Positions 26,601-42,300 of a stretch of DNA of 64,000 nt are shown here, one piece after another. The notes under the pieces were generated by a model. That model saw nothing but the letters and a program-made list of their open reading frames with translations, made no database searches and was not told where the DNA came from. Numbering within the stretch: position 1 is the stretch's first letter; every line of letters starts with the position of its first letter. Location: positions 1,701,703-1,765,702 of the forward strand of contig NC_057756.1 in assembly GCF_004010195.1 (NCBI RefSeq), given 5' to 3'. The position numbers and the translations under genes are program-made. Source of the stretch: Chiloscyllium plagiosum (taxonomy: Eukaryota).

Positions 26601-29600
26601 AAAATTTAGATTTAAGTCACAGTAATTGAACTCCTGCATTAAGTAACTTTTTTTAATTCAGTTGGGTTCATTTCTTTTAAATAATCTTTGGAACAGACTT
26701 TTCACTTCTTCAGAGATATCATGAAAGTTTTGTTATCAAGATTAGAAATTAGTTGGGCAGCTGTGTAATGTCTTGAAAAGGATAGTACAACGCGATTCAG
26801 TGCTCAATTGGTTTTAGTCAATCTTGCATTTCACACTTTAAATCTTTAGTAAGACAGAATTGCTCAGCCTCGAGTGAATAGCTCTAGTATAACTGAGAAA
26901 TTGAAAAATATTTATGACAACTGAGGAGATTCACGTCTGTAGTAGCAATGTTGGTTTTCTTTTTATTTTGCTATGTGTTTCATCACAGTAGAATTGAGAA
27001 CTGTGCAACGAAATTATCCAAATTCTTACCTCTTTCTTTCTTGCTCAATTTTTGTTCTGTTGAATGTAGAGATTATATGATACATTATAAAAGTATGGTA
27101 AGAATATATTATGAAGTTACTACCACTTTATAATATTTATATTAATTATTAGTTAGCAGATTGGCGGTTTTGACTGAGGATTGTTTTTTACAGGCACTTT
27201 TTTGTAATTGATTAAAATACAACATTCAGAGTAAATAATATTTTCATAGATTTAACAAACTGTTTATGTCATTTGAAAAGTCATACAAGAAGCTTAGTTA
27301 CTGAAAACATAAATAGATAGTAGAATAAAAACACCAGATACATTTTGGCAGAGCTCGATAGACTAGTTAATGAATCTATTGGACTGAATGAAATTGTACG
27401 GGCAGCAATCATTTATTGGACAACAGGTGAAGTCGCTTTTAATTTGACAGACCGCATGTCCTTTTCTTGATCAATATATGATATTTCGCAAAATGATACA
27501 AAACGATACACAACTCTGATGAGAAGAAATGTTCTCAGTGAAAGGTAATAAGACTTATATGCTTGTTAAAGCAAGAGATATGCGAACGTGTTTCAGATTG
27601 GTTCAAGACTGACAACATTCAAGTCATAGAGTGATAGAGATGTACAGCTTGGAAACACCCTTCGGTCCAACCCGTCCATGCCGACCAGATATCCCAACCC
27701 AATCTAGTCCCACCTGCCAGCACCCGGTCCATATCCCTCCAAACCCTTCCTATTCATATACCCATCCAAATGCCTCTTAAATGTTGCAATTGTACCATCC
27801 TCCACCAGTTCCTCTGGCAGCTCATTCCATACACTTAGCACCATCTGCGTGAAAAAGTTGCCCCTTAGGTCTCTTTTATATCTTTCCCCTCTCACCCTAA
27901 ACCCATGCCCTCTAGTTCTGAACTCCCCAACACCAGGGAAAATACTTTGCCTATTTATCCTATCCATGCCCCTCATAATTTTGTAAACATCTATAAGGTC
28001 ACCCCTCAGTCTCCAACGCTCCAGGGAAAGCAGTCCCAGCCTGTTTAGCCTCTCCCGATAGCTCAAATCCTCCAATCCTGGCAAGATCCTTGTAAATCTT
28101 TTCTGAACCCTTTCAAGTTTCATAACATCTTTCCGATAGGAATGAGACCAGAATTGCACGCAATATTCCAACAGTGGCCTAAGCAATGTCCTGTACAGCT
28201 GCAACATGACCTCCCAACTCCTGTTCCACTCTACCCATTTTCCAATTTGTTACATCGGGGAAACATGTTTCTCTTCCCGTGTGTAATGTATAAAGTTACA
28301 ACTCTCCAACAAAGATGTTTTCTTAGCTTTATTCTGTTCCACATCCTCTAACTTTTAATCTCCAGTCTTGAAAAACAAAATCTAAGGTTGAAATGTATAG
28401 TGCTTGGACAGAGAATGAAATAAAATAACTAACATTACCACTGGAAGTGGTTAACTTCCTTATTGTCATTTATATAAATATTGTTCAACGTATATTAAAT
28501 CTGAGTCTGTTAAGCTCGCACAGGCAATATTCATAAGGTTTCTACTTTTTTGATGCATTCAAGAGATGGCAGTGATGCCTGTTGGGCCAGCAATTCCTGC
28601 CTGGTTGGCAGATAAGGATCACAGTTCTCACTTTCTCCAAGCGAAGGAACAAACACTCGTGTCTGAAAGAAGATGTATTCCTTGTCTGATAGTTGTATGT
28701 TTTCTGACAATGGATGCAAAGTCATCATTAAAGTTTTAACATTTATTTCAAGTTCCAAAACCTGCTGTGGCATTAGTGAACCAGGCTCCGCAGAGATATT
28801 ATCTGATTCAACAAACTAACAGACCAGCAATAATGCTATTAGCCTCCCAACTCCACCACGTGTTTGAATGAATTTCGACAATCAGGTGAACTCCGCAAAG
28901 ATGAGGACTGTTTGCAAAAACCGAGCTTGCAATCTCCTGATGATTAGAGCATAATTTTGATACGATAAACTTTCTTTTTAAGTTACATGCATTCATCAGC
29001 TTTTCTCCATTATTGCTTCTGGTGTGCTGTCAGAGCATCGACAGTTAGCTGGAAATATCTGTTCAATTACTCACAACTCAATGAGATACTGCTGGATGGA
29101 AAATAGAATTCTCAAAAATTACTCTTCTACAAGAACGTAATTCTCGATGTAAGTTGCCAAACAATGATGTACATTAAAAAAAAAATCATCACGGCTGTTG
29201 AACGGCATTATGTTGATGAAGTTCAGTTGATAACAATTCTGATGAAATCGAAAGGAATATAAAACAGTGAACGTATTTTGTTTTCGCTCTGTGCTGTGTA
29301 GCAAAATGTAATAAGAAGTGTGGTGTAGTGTTGCCAGTCTTGGGCACCTTCTTGAAATACAGCAAAATCAACTAAAGCATAGAATATATTGGCATAAGAA
29401 TGAACAGGCCAAGAAAATATCAAACTTAAAAATTCTTCCTGTTCAGTGCTCTGAAATGGCTACGGGACTGATATCTTCTTTGCCGGACTGATAGTCTTAG
29501 AATGCAAGGCACTGCAGTGCCATCTCGCCTCTACCGATGCCCTCCTTACTATGAGTCCTTAACAAACCTTGCCAATGCAGACACCGCCAAGGCCACCTGA

Positions 29601-32600
29601 TATCACAGCGTTTTAAACTCTAGTCTCCATGATAATGCGTCTGCTTTAGGCTAATATCACCAATGCAGCTAATCCCAACGCCGTTGGGTCCGGTAGTGAG
29701 TCCAAACTTAACTGCACTGCTATCCTAATAATATTTGCTGGACTTACATTCCGCCAGGAACTGAAATTTGCCTCAGCTGCAGGCATGAATTGTTGTAGTT
29801 TCTACCTCGTCGACGACTGCCAGGAATCTAAATTCATCACTAACATCAACGTCAAATTGGTCCGCTAATGGTCCTTTTCAGTTCCACTGTTGTTATTGAA
29901 ATGACAAGTCTCTTCAATAAGAGATGAGTAAAATAAAATAGAAGAGAGAAAGAAAAACGAGTGAAAAGAGAAAGACGTAAGAAAACAATGAGTCCCGGGT
30001 GAGAAGCCTTATTCACTGTCATCGTAGAGGCAGTAATGTGTCATTTCATGTCCTTTCTGAGGACATTAATCTCAAGGGCAACGTCATGGATAGATCAAAT
30101 CATAGATCAAATCATCTTCAATGACGTAATATTTTAATGGATCAGGTCCTTATATTTTTTTCAGTATTCTTGTATTTTGTTTTGATTTAAAATTTTGATC
30201 TTTGCCTTCAAACCGTTCAGTGCTGTTCAGCGTTCTATACCCTTCGGAAATACAAGTGATAACAATATTTGTGTGAAGAAACTTGTCGCTTTCTATGACA
30301 AAGCAAACTTGACATGCATTTCAAGAGTTTTATTATTCATAATCCACCATGTAATAATTCACTGTTTCAAACCTTACTCTTGATGACAATATCTTATTTG
30401 TAATTAAGGATTACTTTCGATTGAAAATTTCACCACAAGATAACAATCTTAACTCTCTGAAATAGAGCAAAGATTAAGTTTAATGAAAATTCAAGATATT
30501 CACTCTTCGATCAGTATTATCAGAAAATCCGATGCGGCACACAGGAGTATGCCCTGAGTCAAACAAATACCCTAAGAATATTAGTTGTGATTCTTTACCT
30601 GTGAAAACTTCGGAATAAACGTTAAAGAAAACTCTCTGCCTGAATCGTACACGTTGTAAAAAATTTCGTTGGTATGGACTTGCATCTGCAATGCTTCTTT
30701 GACAATCCGTATTTCCAAATATCTGTTATTTGTATATTATTTCAATTCTCACTTTTTCTGTCAAAATTGCTAATTTCCCATTTCAGCACTTCATTTTCCA
30801 TTCATCTGGAGGATTATAACGCAATCAATGTGTCGGTATATTTTTCTCACTACTTAATATCTTCATCAATTGGTGACAATGCTAAGTGTGAGTTTTGCCT
30901 TCAAAATGAATTGATATAGTATTGATGCATTTTGTTCTCAACTATTCTTCACAACATATGGGGTTCTGTCAGATGCCATCCACTTCATGGATTGAAAAGA
31001 TAAGCATTTTTCTCTGTTGTGGTTACTAGATTGTACAAATTCATTTTGAACTTTTAGTCACAAAACGGGAAAATGAAACACATCAAAGAGTACCAGAAAC
31101 AAATATAATTGCTAAGTATCTGTAATGACAATTTAAAGCACGATATTAATATTGCCACATTTATTGAACTGCTAACTTTGCATGATGTACTTTATTCCGT
31201 AAATAGGAATGGCCTACCTCTGAATGGTGAATGCTACGTCAGCTACTATTTTTGAACAGAAAAACATCAAATTGTTCCGATGAGCGTTTGCAATCTTACC
31301 TGTTTCTCCAAGAATTTCAATTTTCTCTTCCAATTCTGCAATTCAATTTAAGAAATAATTTTGCTGGTAAATTCGCCTGACGAATCCATAACTTTATTCC
31401 AGTAAAATAAGAACAAAGTAAATATCATCAGCAAGTAGCAATGAATGACGGGATATTTTGAAAGCAATTTTGTTTCTTTTTGGAATGAAGAATGATAATG
31501 ACTCTCAAATATTATTTGTGATGGTGAGGGTTTTTTGCTTCAACTGATATAGGCAAGGAAATAAATATTATGCATTAAATGTAATTATAATCAGTTTTAT
31601 GATAAGTGGTGCTTGAAAAAAAGGCAGATAGCTCAGTTGACACGCATACAGATTGAGATAGATAGATAGATAGACTGATAGATGGATAGATAGATATATA
31701 CATTTATAGATAGATGGACAGAAAGAATGGATGTTGAATGAGCAGTGGACCATTGGTCCCTTTTAATACACATAGTTTGGGATTTTTTTTCTTTCATATT
31801 TTATTACTTCACACATGGGAGTATTGAAACTGTTTGAACCTGTGTGATGTTTACCTTTTCCTTTTTGGCGAAGCTTGTTGTCTGTGAATAAAAAAAAAAA
31901 GACGATGATGATGATTATTATGATACTACTACTCATAGTATAATAATAGACGATAACACTTATAGATGATAATATTATTAATAAAATGTCAACATTTATT
32001 GCACAGGGCACTCGTTAGACAAGCAATCTTTGGTTCGAAGTTAACTTTAGAGACGTTTAGCATTGAAAGCAATAATAAGTTTAAAATGTAAATTTACGTA
32101 TGTGAAGACAAAAAAAAACAAAGTGTGGCATTACTACAAAGGTGTTGTGGATGCGGAGGTGAGTGAGTAAGGAGAGCAGAGTGTATGTGCCACAAATTGC
32201 TTGGGTATGCATTCACCCAGTAGTGATATAAGGAAAAAGAATTGCGAGCAGCTGTGTAAATAGCTTGGATTCACATTGACATGCATTTAAATATGCTGTC
32301 CTTGAATCTATCTTTAATTCTGTATAAGTAAATAACACATGTCTTGAATGGCAGATGACTATTTCACTGGATGACGTTATGGATGATTTAATTTTAGATT
32401 AGTTACTTGGATGGATGGATTAATCCATCCATATTTAAGTTGTGCAAGTGTATGTGTGTGGGTGTTCAGGAATGTGGTCATATAAGTGTGTTGTTGCCTT
32501 ACTTATGCATGCTTATAGATGGACATGCGTAAGACATGTGTACTGGGATAATAGCTACATTAGCGGAGAATTCGTGCAAGAGTGCATATGTCCACGATAT

Positions 32601-35600
32601 AGATGTTGGATGCTTTGAGTTATTAATTATTTGAACAGTCGGCGACATGTGAAATCAAGTAGGGGAGTGAGTTGTAAAGTGATTAGATGTTTATATTGGT
32701 TTATGAATTCATACAATCCCAACAGTGTGAAACCAGGCCATTCTGTCCAATTTGTGCACAATAAAGCTGCAAAAAATGATTCCTTCCAGACCCATTCCTT
32801 ATCCACATTCTTTTTCAATACTAATCTACCGAGCATGCAGATTTTTGGACTGTTGATGGAAACCAGAGCACTGGGAGACAACGCATGCAAGAATGGGGTG
32901 AATGTGCAGATTCCACGCAGACAGTCAGCCAACATTGGATTCAAACTTCGGTCTGTGACGATGTGTGTCATTCGTAGTAGGGACTGAGCCACCGTACCAC
33001 ACATGCAGTGAACATTTTGATGTGCTTTGCTAGATAGGTGAGTGCTCAGAGATTGGGTTGCTTTGTGACAGTGTAGGCTGTCAGTTAACAAGTGACAGTC
33101 ACTTGGGAACACCATGCATACATCAATGTTTTGAACAGTCCAGTAATCCTTTTTGAATTGCAAGTGAAATCGCCATCAGCAGTCTATAAATTCAGAATGT
33201 ACCAGCAATATCGGAATTCGTCATTATAGGAATAGATATTCTCTCCAATTCCTGAATACATCTGCACAGACAGAGTTCTACCATTTCCAGACATACTTGA
33301 CTTGTAATACATTTCGCTAGTTTTAATGCCGAGACAAGAAAGTTTCTGTCATTCTGTTTTAATAATGACATGGTTGCAGCAAAAATGCCAAATAATTAAT
33401 AATTGTACAGAAAGAGCATGTTAGAGGAAAGTGAAACTGAAACATTACGTTTATCACACGTATTGAGAGTGCAGTTTTGCAGCAATGGTTAGAGCTGCAG
33501 GACCAGATTAATAATCTGTGCTGACCCGTTTTTTCCCGAACTAAACCAGTCTAACTTGGCTGAATTTGGCTCACATCTCTCTAAACTTTTCCTATCAAGT
33601 ACATTTCCAAATGCCTTTTAAATGTTGTACCTGTTCCTGCACTTTCACTTGCTTTGGCAGTTCGTTATAGGTAAAAAAGTCATCCTGTTTTTCTTTAAAA
33701 GAAAAGGCCGTCAAGTCCCTTTTAAATCCTTCTCATGTCAAGATTAAAATATTGCCTCGAGTTTTTAATTCCACCAACTGACGGAAATAAAACCCTTTGC
33801 TATTCACTTTATCAACGTTGCTCATGATTTTATACACTTCTCAACTTCTTACACTCCAGTGGAAAAATTCCCAACCTATCTAGCCTCTACTTATAACTGA
33901 ATCTCTTCAGTCCTGGCAAGATTATAGTTAAAGAAAAGAAAGGACTGTGGATACTGGAAATTGGAAAAATAAAGAGAAATGTTTTAGTAATGTGATAACA
34001 ATATGATAAGAGGTATGGCGTATGGGAATGGCCAAAATGTAGGTAAGATTCTGAAGCCCTAAAATTGTTGAAATCAATATTGAGTCAGAAGGCTGTAGCG
34101 TTCTTAAGTGAAAAAAGAGGTTATTCTTTTAATTTGCAATGAGCTGCGCTGTAGCACGGCAGAAAGCCTGAGACAGATAATTTGGCCAGTGCTCAAGGTA
34201 GTGTGTTGTAATGGCAGGCATCGGGAAGCTCAGGGTCTTTTTAATGGACAGACCATATGTGTATTGTGAAGCAGCAACCCAGACTGCGCCTCTATTCCAC
34301 TGTCAACTATATCACCATTCTGTGGCCTTCTGAGAAGTTGTCTCTGAGCGTCTCATCCAAATCATTTACATAAATAACAAACAATTAGGGAAATCCACAG
34401 AATCTTTGAAGGACACTGCTGCTAACAGGCCTCAAAACAAATTCTTCCACCACCACACTGTGTCTCCATTCGTTAAGACATCTGCATTTAATTGGCTAGC
34501 TTAATCTAAATCCCAAGAAATCTAGAACTGATAACACAATTGACTGCTGGGCGGCAATTTTTTGTCTTTTTTTTGCATCAAAATGAGACGCTACTTTACA
34601 CTCACTTAATCTTATTTCCGGTTTTATTTGGATTGGGATTAGTTTTACTATCTACCTTGATTGCCTGATATTAAACATTGATGTAAATGCCAATACATAG
34701 AGTTATATTAAACTTATATTGCGCTTTCTCTATTAGAATGCATCCCTTTAAAACTGAAATAATCTGAAATGCTAGCTTATTTTATAAACACATTCAATCC
34801 ATTTTTTGAACTAAGATTCAATTAGTCCTGTTGAAAAACCTCAAAATGAAATTTTAAACAACTTCTCACCTGAATCTGCAAGACTTTGTTCCAGCTCTTT
34901 TATTTCTGATGGAAAGAACAGAATGACAGGTAAATTATATAATTATAATGTGGTTTTCAAATAGGTGGACGCTAAAACTATGTGTTAGATAAAAGTAACA
35001 GAATCTAGTCTGCTGCGCTTCTTCTGTCAATTTGAATATGCGGCATATTCCTTTCTCGACAGCAGCACTACAGGAGGGTCATAACCAGTTTTGTAGTGAT
35101 ATACAAGAAAATTGCGTCACCACGAAAAAATTGCTATAATTTCTCAGATGGAAAAATGAGATTGTCTTTGGCTGTACAGATCATTCCACCATTCTGCAGT
35201 GGCGTCTTTTCACTATCGCAGTTGTTGCAAACATCCTCTCTGATCTATACTGCTCATTTGCAAATACTGATAAATGCTTGAAAAACATGTTGCATTTTCA
35301 CGATATGAAATATCCAATGAGTGAGAACCAACCGGCAGGCAGTGCCTTAAAATGAATATAGTTAAGTGAGAAGAGGACTATGTCGTAATCAGAGGAAAAC
35401 TGTGTTGAATTTGATGCTAATATTTTCTGGAACATGTGGAACAAGTTTTAAAATAAATTGTAAGGTGGAAATTTATCGAAGAATGTGTGTGTGAGAAAGA
35501 GAGCGATTTGACAGTGACAGCGAGTGAGAGAGGGAGATGGAGAGAGACATAGAGATGACAGATATCTGTGAGTTTATGCGTGCTGAGAAGAAGGCAACGG

Positions 35601-36317
35601 GCTCACGTAGAGATGGCATGGTTTCTCAGTGCTTAGCACTGCTGCCTCACAGCGCCAGAGACCCGGGTTCGATTCCAGCCTCTAGGCGACTGTCTGTGTG
35701 GGTTTCATCTCACAATCCAAACATGTGCAGGTTAGGTGAATTGACCGTGCTCAATTGCCCATAGTGTTCAGGGATATGTAGATTAAGTGTATTAGTCAGG
35801 GGAAAATATAGGGTGGGGGAATGGGTCTTAGTGGGTTAATCTTCGGACGGTCGGTGTGGACTTGTTGGGCCGCAGTGCCTGTTTCCACACTGTCATGATT
35901 CTGATTCTGATAATATGTAAATGTTGATAAAGCACTATGTTCATGGACAAATTTATTCCGAAACAGATACCATGCTCAGTTAAAGCTGATACCTGGAGAA
36001 ATAAGCTTTTACGTTTATAGCTATTACCACAGAGAAAATATTCAAGGCTAGTAATTGAAGAATATCCTGAAATACCTTGCATTGCTCTTGCAACAGACCT
36101 CAATTCATGAAATTCAATCTTATGGTGGTAATTCTGTTTGCATTGGACGTTAATTATGAATGGATCAAAATCTTGAATTTGACCTGAACTGATGGTTTGT
36201 TTTTGCTCAGGAATATGACCAGATTTCTATTTTAGTGTTTCGTTTCCTAGATTTTGGCCTCCTGTATCATCTGAAATTACGTGGAAGTCCACACACACGC
36301 TACACACGCACGCACGC

Positions 36318-36349
<32 letters not shown>

Positions 36350-39300
36350 TTTCTCTCTTTATACACCTGAGGAAGTGGGAGACTTCTTTGAATGGGAAGA
36401 TTCAGACATTATTAGTAAAAGACTGGTTTCTTCTTCAAATCTGAAGGGCCAACATGACGTTATTAACTTTGTTGGTAATAACCAGTATGTCGATTCTAAA
36501 AATAAAGGTTACAGAATGGTGGAAGTATAGAAATAATACAGCACAAAAGAAGGGGAATGCAGGGCTGGAACTATCTTATCCACTGCGACATAAAGATAAC
36601 CTAAATGCCTTTGTTAATCCCATCTTCCTGCATATGATTCCGTGCTCTTCAGCTTAGAACACAAAACGTTCAGATAGTGGATGTATAGAGGATAGCTGTT
36701 ACCTGCAAGACAATACAGGTGGGTCAATTAGGGGGGTAGGGCAATGTCAAATGGAGAACAATTCTGATCACTGAGAACATTAATAGAGATTTTAACGTCT
36801 CCCTATTCATCACCAAGACAGGCAGCGAATTTCAAACGCCTGCCAATATGCTTTCCAATAACTTGTTTTTTTTTTCCCCCCTCACGTCCCTTAATGTATT
36901 TCTGCAGCTTAAACTTGAATCCATCATCACTGATTTGGAATTTTCTCCTAAGGGAAGCAATTTCTTTCTGTCTACTCTATCCTTACCACTGAGAATTTTG
37001 TATACCCCAATCATGTTACCACTCAGATTTCTCTGTTCAATGGAAAACGACCCAAAACTCGAATTTTTCGTCCTGGTGAAATGATTCCAACTTCGTAGCG
37101 TTCTTAAAATGTTTCTCCGGGCTGTCGCCAAAGCAAGTGCATCATTCCTATAAAATGATAACCAGAACTGCAAACAATTTTCCAATCGTGGTCTCAACAA
37201 TGTATTATCCAATTCATTTTGAAAACCCTAGTTTTACCTTTAATGCATCAGTCAATAAATGAAAGTATTCCACAAAAAGAATTCCACATACTTACCTTTC
37301 AACTTCATCTACAGTTACTGCTAACTTCAGGGACAAGTGCATCTGCACCACAAGATCTCAGCCTTAATTCATGCTTCTCAGTATAACCTTGAAAATTGTG
37401 TATTTACATTTTGACAACACTTTCTTTCCTAATTTCTTCTGAATCTTCACACACCTTACCGTCTTCATCTTTTACAAGTTCCACTTCTTCCTTATCGACC
37501 CCATTTGATCTTTATATACTGTTTTTATACGTTTGGTTTTGACCTTTCACTGTCAGTGATGAACTTCATTTGCTGCTTTCCTGATAACTCCACGAACACT
37601 TCTAATTTTCGTTGGAACTTACACATATCCTTCACATTTTCCACTGGAAGGCGAATTTGTGAGTGGTGTGAAAAATTCTAAATTGAGCCCCTCACTCTCA
37701 ATTCCAAATCGTTAACGCATAAAACAAACAGCATTGGACTGAAGACAGAGCCCTGTGGAACACCAGCTGAAATAACTTACCTTCACACATGCAGACATTA
37801 ACCATAGCATTTTGTTTCATTTAACTAATGCAATTCTGGATGCACATCGACACAGAACCTTGCATCCCTTGGATTTTACTTTCTTGAATCATCTGAATAT
37901 GTAAGTTTGTGAAATGTTTAGCAGAATCCAAATAAACAACATATCCTGCTCTATGCACATCATTCCTCACTATCAATTTTCTAAAGGACTTAATCAAATT
38001 TGTCTGGCATGATCTGCTCTGATCAAAACCATGTTCACTATCTCTGAATATTCTATGCCTGTTTAGGATCTCAGGATTGATGGAAACAAATGGTGCACTA
38101 CTGAAGTGAGACTGATTGGCCTTTAATGATTTTTCTTTCTCCTCTGTACATTTTTGAGTCAGTCGAGCAACATTTGCGTTTCGACAGTTAGATGGCATCT
38201 AATCTGTGTCTAGTAAATACTGAGAAAAAAAAAAGATAATCCTTAGAGCATTTGGATTTCCCTCCATGATCGTTTTCAACATCTCAGCAAACAGTCCATT
38301 CGACCATGGCAACTCATCTACGTTGAAGCTACTTAAACTCCTCTAACACCTACTGCCACGTTATGATTACTTTGTCGAATATTGCACACTGTGCCCGTTA
38401 GTTGACTATAGCCTTACCATTGTTTTCCTTTTATAATACGGACACAAAATAACTTTTTTTTCTAATTACTTCTGCATCTTCACACACCTTACTGTCTTCA
38501 TTTGTGACAGGTCTCACTTCTTCATTATCTACCCCATTACCCTTGATATGCTGTTTGTATAGGTTTGATCTTCCTTTCCTTTTCTTACTAAAATATTTCG
38601 TGCCCTCGCTTTGATTTGCCTATGTCATCCTTCATATGATCCCTGTACTTTCAAAGCTTATAGTGTTTTGAAAAGTGTCATGACTTTACTTCAGTATAAA
38701 CGTTAGGAAAAATTAAAACTTTCAATTTAAAGAAAAAAGGGGAAATTATTAATTTACTGAATAAACAAAAGTGTAGAAGACAAAACAAATAAAGAGAAAA
38801 AAGATTACATCACAATCTGGCGATGTTATTTTGGCCAGAAATGCTGACTATTTATGATATTTTCAGGATTCATTTTCGTTTAAACTTCTGCAATACTTTA
38901 TGTTAGATATGTCACGTAAAACGTGTGCAAATTATCAGTTCACCTGCCAATGCCTTAGTTATGATCTTAATATGTACTAGTAATTGAATGAAAGTGAGTA
39001 CGGTGGCTCAGTGGTGAGCACTGCTGCATTACATCGCCAGGGACCCGGGTTCAGTTTTATGCCTTGTTCCACTGTCTGTGTGGAGCTTGCCCATTCTCCC
39101 CGGGTGTGCGTCAGTTTCCTCCTACATTCCAAAAATGTGCAGGCCTGGCAAATTGGCCATTCTAAATAGCCCATAGTTTAGGTCCATTAGTCAGTATAAA
39201 TGTCGGAGATTGCATCTGGGTGGGTTATTCTTCAGAGGTTCAGTGTGGACTTGATGGGCCAAGGGGCCTGTTTCTTCAGGTAATCTAAAAAAAGTCGAAA

Positions 39301-42300
39301 AGCAAAAGAACTCAGACAGATGTGAGGTATGTCGAATGGAAAATTTAATTATTGTTTTCGTTTTTTGTATCATGAATGGGGGGGGGGGGTTGGTGGGAAT
39401 GGTGGAGTTTGCACATTCTCCCCGTGCCGGCGTGGGCTTCCTCCAGGTGCTCCAGTTTCCTCCCACAGTCCAAAGATGTGCAGATTAGGTGAATTGGCCA
39501 TGCTAAAGTGCCTGTCGTATTAGGGGAAGGGTTAGATATAGGGGAATGGATCTGGATGGGTTGCTGTTCGAAGGGTCGGTGTGGACTCATTGGGTGGAAG
39601 GGTCTGTTTCCACACTGTAAGTGATCTAATCTAATCTAGAGTGTAAACATCGTAAATTGTCTATGGTTTCAGTGCATGACAGCTGAAATTAAGCTTGATT
39701 TTTAATGTATGAAATGATGGCTTCTTGAAACATACTTGCAGAGCTATCAGAGCAAACTGAAGAGCACATGTCTTAGAAATAATTCAGCTAATCGTTTCAA
39801 TGTCTCTTTTGAAGGAGAACTGGAAGCATTACAACATTCCTCCTCATCTGTAATGAAATGTGATCTGTGATATATTTTGTTAATACTCGTATTTGTTGTT
39901 TTAGACGTCATAAACAAATCGGATGAAATGATATAAGGGAAACGCAATATGTGAGTAAAGACATTTTATTTCACTTCCTCACCTTTTTCTCTCCTTTTCA
40001 ATTTTTCCTCTACAATGAGGAAGCAGAATTTTAAGAGCTTGAAAGAGGTCATTTTAAATATGTACGAAAATCCCATTCAGAGATGTTGTATTCAAATACT
40101 TGTGGCATGCTCTCGACGAAGACGATTTTCAAATCAGAAACATTCCTATTTCTGAATCGTGAACAGTTGACGAAGGAACGATTTTGCCATCATTGTGGCC
40201 AGTTGAAAGAACATAAATCATTTTGCCATCATTGTGGCCAGTTGAAAGAACATAGATCATTTTGTTAAATTATTATAGTCACCCTGCATCACTTTGTTTA
40301 CAGCATACACAGACCTGAAATGCACGAAAAATAAATTCTCTTGTGTATTGATTGTTTGATTGCACCGACTGACGCATGCTTCGTTTTCTATTGAATGATT
40401 TGCATTTCCAATCACACATAATAGATATTGATACACTTCAAAATTGTCTTCAATCAAAAGAAGGTTGGCAAAATGTTTGTGGTTGAATTAATGTCGAAAA
40501 ATATCGCATTTTCTCTGAAGAATAATTCAATAATACTTCACACCAGTTTAGGTAGTTAGAAATTCACAATGATTTGTTTAAGGACTGAAAAAAAATCTTT
40601 TTTGAGGCCCAGATGTCACTTGAATAACACCCAACGTGCTCGTCAAATAAATGGTGACATGTTCACCTTAATATTTAAATTTCTTGCGTTCCGAATAATG
40701 GATTTACTCCTTGAAATTATAGAGTTGGATGCGGGTTTTGGCATGGGATGCACATAGCTGAAAATCACACAACATCAGTTTATAGTCCAACAGGACTGTT
40801 GGACTATCATCTTTGATTTGGAGACGTCGGTGTTGGACTGTGGTGTACAAAGTTAAAAATGGCACAAGTCCAGGTTATAGGGTAAAAACAATGATTGCAG
40901 ACGCTGGAAACCAGATTCTGGATTAGTGTTTCTGGAAGAGCACAGCAGTTCAGGCAGCATCCGAGGAGCAGTAAAATCGACGTTTCGGGCAAAAGCCCTT
41001 CATCAGGAATAAATAGGTTTTTGCCCAAAACGTCGATTTTACTGTCCCTCGGATGCTGCCTGAACTGCTGTGCTCTTCCAGCACCGTTAATCCAGAAAAG
41101 CAGGTTATAGTCCAACAGGTTTATTTCGACGCATTTCAGAGAACTCTGAAAGATAATGTTTCCAAGTAAACATGTTTGACTATAATTAGGACTATAACCT
41201 GGTGGTGTGTGATTTTTAAATTTAAAATTACATAGACTTAGCAGTATCACCTTCAACAATGTTCCTATCAAAATTACAGAGTAATTCCGTTTTGAACTTC
41301 ATGATTAACATGGATCAATCGTGATATCATGCAAGCCAATATAAAACTAAACAGTCGCAGTGGAATTTTATTTCTCAGCAATAAGTTTTCGTTTACTTTG
41401 CCCTCATTTTGCACCAATTATCTTTCCTTCGTCAAGTGTTCACGATTCAGAAAAATAAAACTCCATATTTCCTTGTCAAACCCAGAAAAAATGAATACTT
41501 TCTCCAAAACTCCACTTCCAAAATGAAAACGTTCTAATATGAATAACGTCTAATTCTAAAGTAAAGTTCCTGCTCACTGTTTTATATTTGTGCGAATCTT
41601 TGATGCCCTCTATCTTTCCAAAACTTGCACGTACATCCACACGAATACAAATTGTTAACTGAACATAACTTCCGTGTTCTTTTACTTTGTCATCATACGA
41701 GGAAAGCTTGGTATTTAGCATGCCTTACTGAAAAAAAACGTATCCAGCCTTCTGCAACTAACTGCACAGGCGTACACTAACGTTTAATTATTCTTGCACC
41801 TCCTCAAAGTTTATATATTTTTATATTGTATATATTTTATATTGTATATATTTTATATATTTCTATATTTATAAATTTTTGTATTGTGTTATGCTATAAA
41901 GGTGAAGGGGCTCATATTTGCACAAGAAAACCTCTTTTCCCAATTGTCCACGCATTACATTCATTTTTCTGCGTCATTTTAATGGTCTGCATGATGCAGT
42001 TCAGTTTGTAACGTCTCTAGGCTCACTCAAATAGTTTAACACTTGCATCTGGACAACTGCACAATATGTCATCCTACAGATAATAAAAAATGAATAACTA
42101 TTTCACGCCATTTTCTACCATACATTTGTCTCGTCTTAATGATGTCACAATAATGTCAATTTTATGTCATCTTCAATTGCTGAAAAATACTTTGTAGAGG
42201 ACGATATAGCATGGTTTTCCAAGATCCGTGACACACCAGGAATAAAAAAAAACTGCCCTTGCCAATAATCTCAATTTCCTCTTAGAACCGTCAAAGATGA

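Noticed and set aside
24334..28773. Short ORFs (24334-24624, 26225-26602, 28531-28773) with superficial mutual or cytokine-like resemblance
   Set aside because: Stops or frame changes, no coherent splice structure, and resemblance at chance level.
41729..41761. 33-nt AG/GT-bounded candidate exon on the minus strand
   Set aside because: Weak acceptor, no similarity to the other exons, and it would interrupt the 36/27 pattern.
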